DNA from: Dehalococcoidia bacterium | GTDB lineage: Bacteria; Chloroflexota; Dehalococcoidia; UBA2979 | Length of the DNA: 64,000 bases | Assembly (NCBI GenBank): GCA_965262725.1 | Contig: OZ253555.1 | Location: 1,728,001-1,792,000 of the forward strand | Direction of reading: 5' to 3' | Shown here: in pieces, positions 57,094 to 64,000 of the stretch | Layout: every line of letters begins with the position of its first letter | How positions within the stretch are numbered: position 1 is the stretch's first letter | The notes under the pieces: model-generated | The model's database searches: none | Told to the model about the DNA's origin: nothing | The model's input: only the letters and a program-made list of their open reading frames with translations | Translations under genes and position numbers: made by a program

Positions 57094-58647
57094 GTGGAGC
57101 TGACGGGCTTCGCCCAGATCCACGCCATCGGCGCCTCCGCGTCCCTGTTCGCCGGCGCGGGTCTCGTGCTGCTCGTGCAGCTCGCCTCGCCCCTCCGGGC
57201 GCGGCGCGGGGGTGCAGAGGGCGGAGCCGTGCGCTCGCCGTCCCTCCCCCTCGCGCTCCTCGCCCTTGCCGTGGCGGCGGTCTGGTCGCTCTGGCACGAG
57301 GCGACCGGGAGCTCCGGATCGGTGCTCGACGGCGCGGTGGTGATCGACCGCTTCGCCGTCTTCTTCGCGCTCCTGCTCACCGCCTCCGCGGCGGCCGTCG
57401 CCGTTGTCGCGCGCGAGTGGGCGCAGGGGCTCGGCGACGAGCTCGCCGCCGATTTCTACGCGCTGCTCCTCGCCTCGGTCGGCGCGATGGTGCTGCTCGC
57501 TCAGGCGAACGACCTGGTGGCGATCTTCGTCGCGCTTGAGACGACCTCCATCGCGCAGTTCGTGCTGGTCGGGCTCGGCGGCGGCGGCCGCTCGGCGGAG
57601 GCCGGGCTCAAGTACGTGCTCTCGGGCGCGGTGGCGGCCGCCGTGCTGCTCTACGGCTTCGTCTTCCTCTTCGGCGCGGCGGGCACGACCTCGCTCCCCG
57701 GCATTGCCGAGGTCGCTAGCTCGGACGAGGGCGGACTCCGGCTCGCCCTCCTGCTCGGCCTGGCGCTCGTCCTGGTCGGTCTCGGTTTCAAGATGGCGCT
57801 CGTGCCCTCGCACGGCTGGGTGCCGGACGTCTACCAGGGCGCGCCTCCCCCCGTCGCCGCCTTCCTCTCGGTGGCGTCGAAGGCGGCGGGCTTCGCGGTG
57901 GCGCTGCGCATCATCTACGTGGGCCTCGGGGGCGGCGCCTCGTCGATCGCCGGCGAGATCGCGGTGACGGTCGGCGTCGTCGCCGCCGTCTCGATGACGG
58001 CCGGCAACCTGGGCGCCTTCTGGCAGCAGGACGCGCGGCGTCTCCTGGGCTACTCCTCGGTGGCTCAGGCGGGCAACATCGCGATCGGCGTCGCGGCGCT
58101 GGTCGCCGGGAGCGCGATCGGGCCCTCCGCGGTCCTCTTCTTCCTCGCGACGTACGTCGCGACCAATCTCGGCCTCTTCTTCGTCGTGATCGCGGTCGGC
58201 CAGCGGACCGGCTCCTATGAGCTCTCCGTGTACGAGGGGCTGGCGTGGCGTTCCCCGCTCCTCGCCGGCGTGCTCGGGCTGTGCCTGCTCTCGCTGATCG
58301 GACTCCCCCCGACGGCCGGATTCCTCGCGAAGCTCTACATCTTCAACGCGGCCATCCAGGCCGATCAGCAGTGGCTGGTGGCGCTGGTCATGGTCGGCGT
58401 CCTCAACACGGCGATCTCCGCCTTCTACTACCTGCGCTGGGCGAGGCTCCTGGTGAAGGGGACGCGGGTAGCCGCGACCCCCGCCGAGGAGGGCGTCCGC
58501 CCGCCGGAGCCGGCCTCGCTGTTGCCGCAGGCGCCCGCTCAGCTGCTCCTCATCGTGGCGGCGGCGGCGGTGCTTGTGTTCGGACTCGTGCCGACGCCCC
58601 TGATTTCGGCGGCCCGTCGGGCGGCGGAAGCACTGGTAGCTCTCTGA
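57094..58647 (+). CDS. nuoN: Complex I subunit N
   Basis: EAGLKY, FKMALVPSHGWVPDVYQGAP, GYSS, GLPPTAGF; GGAGG RBS then GTG. Confidence 0.94.
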   Translation: MELTGFAQIHAIGASASLFAGAGLVLLVQLASPLRARRGGAEGGAVRSPSLPLALLALAVAAVWSLWHEATGSSGSVLDGAVVIDRFAVFFALLLTASAAAVAVVAREWAQGLGDELAADFYALLLASVGAMVLLAQANDLVAIFVALETTSIAQFVLVGLGGGGRSAEAGLKYVLSGAVAAAVLLYGFVFLFGAAGTTSLPGIAEVASSDEGGLRLALLLGLALVLVGLGFKMALVPSHGWVPDVYQGAPPPVAAFLSVASKAAGFAVALRIIYVGLGGGASSIAGEIAVTVGVVAAVSMTAGNLGAFWQQDARRLLGYSSVAQAGNIAIGVAALVAGSAIGPSAVLFFLATYVATNLGLFFVVIAVGQRTGSYELSVYEGLAWRSPLLAGVLGLCLLSLIGLPPTAGFLAKLYIFNAAIQADQQWLVALVMVGVLNTAISAFYYLRWARLLVKGTRVAATPAEEGVRPPEPASLLPQAPAQLLLIVAAAAVLVFGLVPTPLISAARRAAEALVAL

Positions 58648-59189
58648 CGGGCGCGGGGGCGGGCCGCCACGAGCTCACGATCGAGCTCGACGAGGCGCTC
58701 TCACGGGAGTTCCGCGACGCGGTGGGGGAGGCGGATCTCCCCGCGCTTCTCGCCGCGCTTCTGGACGAGGAGGGCGGGGGGGCGGTGGCGCTCTCGGTGC
58801 GGCTCGCGGACGACGCGGCGCTACGTGATCTGAACCGCTCGTTCCGCGGACTCGACGAGCCCACCGACGTGCTCTCGTTTCCCCTCGAGGAGGCGGCCGC
58901 CGGGGACGTTGCCTTCCCGCGGGCGCCGGGCGAACAGGTCGCGCGCGAGCTCGGCGACATCGTGATCTCCGTGCAGTGGGCGGCCCGGCAGGCGGAGCAG
59001 GCCGGGCGGCCGCTTCCGCTCGAGCTGCGCCACCTCGCTCTCCATGGGGCGCTGCACCTCCTGGGGCACGGTCACGAGGGCGCCTCAGAGGAGCGGGCGC
59101 TCCGGGCCCGCGAGGAGCGGCACCTCGGCGCCGCCATCCATGACGAGCCGGCCGGTGGGGCCGGGGCCGCTGGCGGCGCGGGCGACTGA
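58644..59189 (+). CDS. ybeY: rRNA maturation endoribonuclease YbeY
   Basis: LNRSFRG, PTDVLSFP, LGDIVIS, HGALHLLGHGH. Start is CTG 58644 or GTG 58722. Confidence 0.9.
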   Translation: MTGAGAGRHELTIELDEALSREFRDAVGEADLPALLAALLDEEGGGAVALSVRLADDAALRDLNRSFRGLDEPTDVLSFPLEEAAAGDVAFPRAPGEQVARELGDIVISVQWAARQAEQAGRPLPLELRHLALHGALHLLGHGHEGASEERALRAREERHLGAAIHDEPAGGAGAAGGAGD

Positions 59190-59306
59190 GCCGGCCGGCG
59201 GCGCCCCCGGTGGCGGGGTTTCCCCGCATGGAAGTCCCCCGGCGGGCCGGGCGGGGTACACTCGACGGGAGCGCGCCCGCACCTCCCCGCGGGCGCCGGG
59301 GGTGCT

Positions 59307-61001
59307 GTGGCGCACGAGGTTCTCTACCGGCGCTGGCGGCCGAACCGCTTCGCGGAGGTCGTGGGGCAGGAGCCCGTCACGACGACGCTCCGTCACGCGG
59401 TGGCGGCCGGGAGCCCGGCTCACGCCTACCTCTTCACCGGGCCGCGCGGCACCGGCAAGACCAGCACGGGACGGATACTGGCGACCGCCGTCAACTGCCT
59501 TCAGCCGGCGGACGGGGAACCCTGCGGCGCGTGCGGGAGCTGTCGCTCCTTTGACGCGGGGGCGGCCCTCGACCTCATCGAGCTCGACGCCGCCTCGAAC
59601 CGCGGCATCGACGAGATCCGCGACCTGCGGGAGGGGACCGGCTACGCGCCGGCCGCCGCCACCTACAAGCTCTACCTCGTCGACGAGGTGCACATGCTCA
59701 CCGACGCGGCATTCAACGCGCTTCTCAAGACGCTCGAGGAGCCGCCTCCGCACGTCATCTTCGTGCTCGCGACAACAGAGCCGCACCGCGTCCCGGCCAC
59801 CATCAGCTCGCGCTGCCAGCGCTTCGACTTCCGCCGCATCGGTACGACGGAGACCATCGCGGAGCTGCGGCGCGTCGCCTCGGGCGAGGGCATCGACGCC
59901 ACGGACGAGGCGCTCGATCTGATCGCGCGTCACGCGACCGGCTCGTTGCGCGACGCCATCAGCCTCCTCGACCAGCTCTCCTCCTACGGGGATGGAAGCC
60001 TCGACGAGGCCTCCGTGCGAGCGGGGCTCGGGCTCGCCGTGGATTCCCGCGCGGCGGAGCTCACGCGGGCGGCCGTCCGCCGCGAGCTCGCCCCGGGCCT
60101 CTCCGTTCTCGGCGCGGCGCGCGACGATGGCCTCGAGATCCGGGCCTTCATGCGCGAGGTCGTCGCGACACTCCGCTCGCTGCTCTTGCTCAAGGCCGGC
60201 GCCGAGTCCCGCGTCATCGGCCTCTCGCAGGCGGAGGCCGCGGATCTGGGGGAGCTCGCGCGCGAGGCCGAGGTCGACGACGTGGTCGCGGCCCTGCGGG
60301 CGCTCGGGCAGATCAACTTCGCGGGCGATGCCTATGACTCGCTCCCCGCCGAGATCGCCTTCGCCGAGCTCGTGCTCGGCCCCACGTCCGCACCCGCCGC
60401 GGACCCGGCACCGGCGCAGCAGGCTCAGGCGGCCGGGGGCCCGCCGCCTCGACCCGCCCGCTCGCGAGCCCCGGCCGCGCCGGTGCGTGCGCCGCGTTCG
60501 CGGGCGACCGCTCCGCCAGCCGCATCCCAGCCCCGGCCCGCGGTCCAGCCTCCGGCGCGGGGCGACCCGGGTGACGCCCCAGCCGAGACGGAGCCCGGGC
60601 CGCCCGTGCTCCCGGGGGAGGGAGAGGTTCCCGCGGAGCTGGCGCGGGCCCGCGAGAAGTGGCCCCTGATCCAGGAGAGGGCCCGGCGGCGGCACAGCAA
60701 GGCCGGCGCGCTCCTGAACTCGGGCTGCTACATCAAGGCCATCGACGGCGACCGCCTCGAGATCGGCTTCCGCTTCCCGACCCACGTCGATCTCGTCTCC
60801 AACGCCGAGGACGGCGCCGTGATGCAGGCGATCCGGGAGGCGGCCGCCGAAGCCCTCGACCGGCCCGTCGAGGTCGTTCCGGTGCTGTGGGCGGAGCTGG
60901 CACAGATCCCGCGATCCTCCCGGGCGGCGCCCCGGAGCTCGGCCGGGGGGCACCTGGTCGAGGAGGCCCTGCAGCTGGGCGCGGCGCGTGTCGACGAGTA
61001 G
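59307..61001 (+). CDS. dnaX: DNA polymerase III gamma/tau subunit
   Basis: LYRRWRP, GPRGTGKT, DAASNRG, DEVHML, SRC. Confidence 0.96.
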   Translation: MAHEVLYRRWRPNRFAEVVGQEPVTTTLRHAVAAGSPAHAYLFTGPRGTGKTSTGRILATAVNCLQPADGEPCGACGSCRSFDAGAALDLIELDAASNRGIDEIRDLREGTGYAPAAATYKLYLVDEVHMLTDAAFNALLKTLEEPPPHVIFVLATTEPHRVPATISSRCQRFDFRRIGTTETIAELRRVASGEGIDATDEALDLIARHATGSLRDAISLLDQLSSYGDGSLDEASVRAGLGLAVDSRAAELTRAAVRRELAPGLSVLGAARDDGLEIRAFMREVVATLRSLLLLKAGAESRVIGLSQAEAADLGELAREAEVDDVVAALRALGQINFAGDAYDSLPAEIAFAELVLGPTSAPAADPAPAQQAQAAGGPPPRPARSRAPAAPVRAPRSRATAPPAASQPRPAVQPPARGDPGDAPAETEPGPPVLPGEGEVPAELARAREKWPLIQERARRRHSKAGALLNSGCYIKAIDGDRLEIGFRFPTHVDLVSNAEDGAVMQAIREAAAEALDRPVEVVPVLWAELAQIPRSSRAAPRSSAGGHLVEEALQLGAARVDE

Positions 61002-61016
61002 CCGGCGGCGCCCGAG

Positions 61017-61640
61017 GTGAGCATCGGGCGTCCCGAGGGGGGAGCGGGCTCCCCGATCGTGCGGCTGGTGGAGGCCTTCCACCGCCTTCCCGGGATCGGC
61101 CCGAAGGGCGCGCAGCGCCTCGCCTACCACGTGCTCCGCGCCCCTGCCGAGGAGGCGCGGAGCCTCGCCGACGCCCTGGTTGAGGTGAAGGAGCGCATCG
61201 CCCTCTGCGCGAGCTGCCAGAACCTCACGGAGCGCAGCCCCTGCGCGATCTGCGAGGACCCGGGGCGCGACCGCACGCTTCTGTGCGTGGTGGAAGAGCC
61301 GCTCGACGTGGTCGCGATCCAGCGCACACGCGGCTTCCTCGGGCTCTTCCACGTGCTGCACGGGGTGATCTCGCCCGCCGACGGCGTGGGTCCCGAAGAC
61401 CTGAAGATCGAGGATCTGCTGCGTCGACTGCGCGACCGCGACGGGGAGGTGCACGAGGTGATCGTTGCGACCAACCCCAACCTCGAGGGCGAGGCCACTG
61501 CGATGTACCTCGCGAAGCTGCTGCGCCCGCTCGGGTTGCGCGTGACCCGTCTCGCGCGCGGCCTCCCCGCGGGCGCCGATCTCGAGTACGCCGACGATCT
61601 CACGCTCGGTCGCGCCCTCGAGTTCCGCCAGGAGGTGTGA
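61017..61640 (+). CDS. recR: Recombination mediator RecR
   Basis: LPGIGPK, C4 zinc finger, CVVE, EGEATA. Confidence 0.96.
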   Translation: MSIGRPEGGAGSPIVRLVEAFHRLPGIGPKGAQRLAYHVLRAPAEEARSLADALVEVKERIALCASCQNLTERSPCAICEDPGRDRTLLCVVEEPLDVVAIQRTRGFLGLFHVLHGVISPADGVGPEDLKIEDLLRRLRDRDGEVHEVIVATNPNLEGEATAMYLAKLLRPLGLRVTRLARGLPAGADLEYADDLTLGRALEFRQEV

Positions 61641-61678
61641 GCGGCGGTGGGTGTCGCCCGCGGCCGGGGGAGATAGCG

Positions 61679-62485
61679 ATGCCGGGCCGCGCTCCCCGCG
61701 TGCTCCGGAGCGAGGCGATCGTGCTCAGGCACCGCCGTCTCGGGGAGGCCGACCGCGTCGTCACGCTGCTCACGCCGCGCCACGGGAAGCGCGACGCCGT
61801 GGCGAAGGGAGCGCTGCGGCCGCGTAGCCGGCTCGCCGGACATCTCGAGCCGCTCTCGTTCGTCGAGGTCGTGCTGGCGCACGGGCGCACGTTCGACATC
61901 GTCACGCAGGCGGAGTCGCGCGCGCTCTTCCCCGAGGTCCATGCGAGTCTCGAGCGGCTGGCGGTGGCGCTTTATCTGCTGGAGCTGACCGATCGCCTGA
62001 CCGTTGAGCACTCGGAGCCGGACGCGGTCTTCGACCTGCTTGTGACCGCGCTCGGCCGTCTCGAGCGCGGCGACGGTCTGCATCTCGTCGCGCGCACCTT
62101 CGAGCTCGCCCTGCTCGAGGCAGCCGGATTCCGGCCGGAGTGGGAGGGCTGCGTCGCCTGCGCGCAACCCCTCGCCGCGGAGGCGGCGGTGTGGTCGGCG
62201 CTGGCGGGCGGCGTGCTCTGCCGCCCCTGCGCGGCCGCGCACCCGGAGGCGGGGCCGATAGACGCCCGCACGCTGAGAGTGCTCCGCGCCTACCAGCGGG
62301 TCCCGTACGAGGAGGCGGCGCGCATCCGGCTCGCTCCCGACCTCGCGGCTCGCCTCGAGCAGGTCATGCACGCGCTCGCGCGCGCGACCGCCGAGCGCGA
62401 CATCGGCTCGGCGCGCTTTGTCGCGTCGGCCCGCGCGGCGGCCGGCGCTCCCGGCGCGAGAACGGGTTCCGGCGAGGGGCCGTGA
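61679..62485 (+). CDS. recO: DNA repair protein RecO
   Basis: AIVL...GEADR.VTLLT..GK, C4 motif. In-frame GTG at 61637 is an alternative start. Confidence 0.93.
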   Translation: MPGRAPRVLRSEAIVLRHRRLGEADRVVTLLTPRHGKRDAVAKGALRPRSRLAGHLEPLSFVEVVLAHGRTFDIVTQAESRALFPEVHASLERLAVALYLLELTDRLTVEHSEPDAVFDLLVTALGRLERGDGLHLVARTFELALLEAAGFRPEWEGCVACAQPLAAEAAVWSALAGGVLCRPCAAAHPEAGPIDARTLRVLRAYQRVPYEEAARIRLAPDLAARLEQVMHALARATAERDIGSARFVASARAAAGAPGARTGSGEGP

Positions 62486-62513
62486 GACCGAACGCCCCGG
62501 CGGAGGACGTCCG

Positions 62514-63655
62514 ATGAGCGCGGCCGGCGTCTACGACGTGATCGTGCTCGGCGTCGGGGGAATGGGCTCCGCAACGGTCCACGAGCTCGCGAGCCGCGGC
62601 CTGCGCGTGCTCGGCCTCGAGCGCTTCGACGTGCCGCATGACCGGGGGTCATCGCACGGGGTCAACCGCATCATCCGGCTCGCGTGCTTCGAGCACCCTC
62701 CTACGTGCCCCTCGTGAGGCGCGCCTACGAGCGCTGGCGCGAGCTGGAGTCGGCGAGCGGCGAGCAGCTGCTCCACATAACGGGTTCCCTGGACATCGGC
62801 CGCGAGGAGGGGCGGGTCTTTTCCGGATCGCTCCGCTCCTGCCTCGAGCACGATCTGCCGCACGAGCTGCTGGCCTCCGCCGGGCTGTCCGAGCGTTTCC
62901 CGGTTCTGAGGGTGCCGGAGGACTGGATGGGCCTCTACCAGCCGGACGGCGGCTTTGTGCTCTCGGAGCGGGCGATCGTCCATCACGTCTTCGCGGCGCA
63001 GGAGCGCGGCGCCGACGTGCGGGCGCGCGAGGCCGTGAGGGAGTGGCACGACCGCGGGGGCGTCGTGCGGGTCGAGACCAGCCGCGGCTCGTATGAGGCC
63101 GGGGCGCTCGTCATCACGTCGGGCGCCTGGGCGGCGTCGCTGCCCCAGCTTCGCGGCTTGCTGACGCCGGAGCGGCAGGTGATGGGCTGGTTCCAGCCGG
63201 CGCGTCCCGAGCTCTTCTCGCCCGACGCCTGCCCGGTCGTGGTCGGCGAGTTCGATGAGGGGCTCTACTACGCGTTCCCGGTCTTCGGCGTCCCGGGATT
63301 CAAGATCGGCAGGTTCCACCACCTCGGCGAGGTGACCACTGCCGACGATCTGGACCGCGAGTGCCGCGAGGAGGACGAGGCCGTGCTCCGGGCGGCGATT
63401 GAGCGCTACTTCCCGGATGCGGGCGGGGCGACGCTCGCGCTTCGCGCCTGCATGTTCACGAACACGCCCGATGAGCACTTCATCATCGACGCCCTGCCGG
63501 GCTCTCCGAACGTCTTCGTGGCGGCGGGCTTCTCCGGGCACGGCTACAAGTTCTGCAGCGTGGTCGGGGAGATCATGGCCGACCTCGCGACGCGCGGAGA
63601 GACGGAGCACGATATTTCGCTGTTCCGCCTGGGGCGCTTCGACGCGCGCGGATGA
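62514..63655 (+). pseudogene. solA: N-methyl-L-tryptophan / monomeric sarcosine oxidase with a 1-nt deletion frameshift
   Basis: GVGGMGS and GSSHG..RIIR in one frame; SYVPLVRR...GFSGHGYKF in another; break near 62697-62701. Confidence 0.85.
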
Positions 63656-63717
63656 CGTCCCGGGCGTCGTCTCTGCCCGACCCGTGCGCCCCTCCTGTGC
63701 TCCCGCCTGCCGGCTGC

Positions 63718-64000
63718 TCAGCTGCTGCGGTCGAGCACCTCGGCGACGAGCCCGGCGAGCGTCTCGCGCGTCTCGTTGTCGGCGGCCGCCGGCGGCGCGG
63801 CCGCGATTGCGTGCAGCGCCTCGCCGGCGAATCGCCGCGCGACCTCCATCGACTCCTCCAGCACGCCCCCCTCGCGGATGGCGGCTATCGCCCGCTCGAA
63901 GTTGGCGCGCGGCCTCAGGCCGTCGAAGGCGCGCCGCACCGGGTTGTCGTCGGGCTCGCGCTGGAGGTAGAGGAGCGACGGAAGCGTCAGCGTGCCCGAG
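63718..64000 (-). CDS. Polyprenyl synthetase family protein, 3' end only
   Basis: GTLTLP followed by a helical C-terminus; runs off the window edge. Confidence 0.7.
   Translation of the reverse strand, partial: SGTLTLPSLLYLQREPDDNPVRRAFDGLRPRANFERAIAAIREGGVLEESMEVARRFAGEALHAIAAAPPAAADNETRETLAGLVAEVLDRSS

Noticed and set aside
59190-59306. SRP RNA upstream of dnaX
   Set aside because: The conserved CAGG...GGAA...AGCAG domain IV motif is absent.
1-64000. Many long overlapping or antisense ORFs rich in Arg, Ala, Gly and Pro
   Set aside because: Shadow ORFs expected at this GC content; they lack motifs and overlap well-supported genes.
1-64000. CRISPR array, rRNA or prophage
   Set aside because: No regularly spaced repeats, rRNA signatures, cas genes or phage genes seen by eye.

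Overview
Very GC-rich bacterial chromosome segment. Gene content and style suggest Chloroflexota, probably Dehalococcoidia-like (inference). From left to right: a TreT-like glycosyltransferase; the NHEJ pair ligD/ku; flavin oxidoreductases; an uncharacterised cluster of a VOC protein, three ABM-like barrel proteins, a nitrilase and a MetE-II-like enzyme; a complete IS5-family element with a CTAG target duplication; an osmoprotectant ABC transporter; and a CAT-anticodon tRNA followed by a decayed islet of truncated or internally deleted genes. Housekeeping genes follow: selA-mutS2, serine biosynthesis, rph/argF, cdaA-cdaR-der-plsY-gpsA, a DUF35/thiolase/PHP/SDR cluster, and a complex-I-like operon (nuoA-C-D-H-J-K-orf-L-M-N) running into ybeY-dnaX-recR-recO and a frameshifted solA. 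The most notable signals are: (1) the nuo operon lacks every Fe-S subunit (no nuoB, nuoI or nuoEFG) and carries a 62-aa insert; (2) micro-ORFs repeatedly bridge an upstream stop codon to a downstream start codon; (3) probable CTG/GTC start codons; (4) an NCS2 permease fused to an RsbW-like domain; (5) deletion scars in an NHEJ-encoding genome. All family calls come from recognising motifs by eye; no searches were run.
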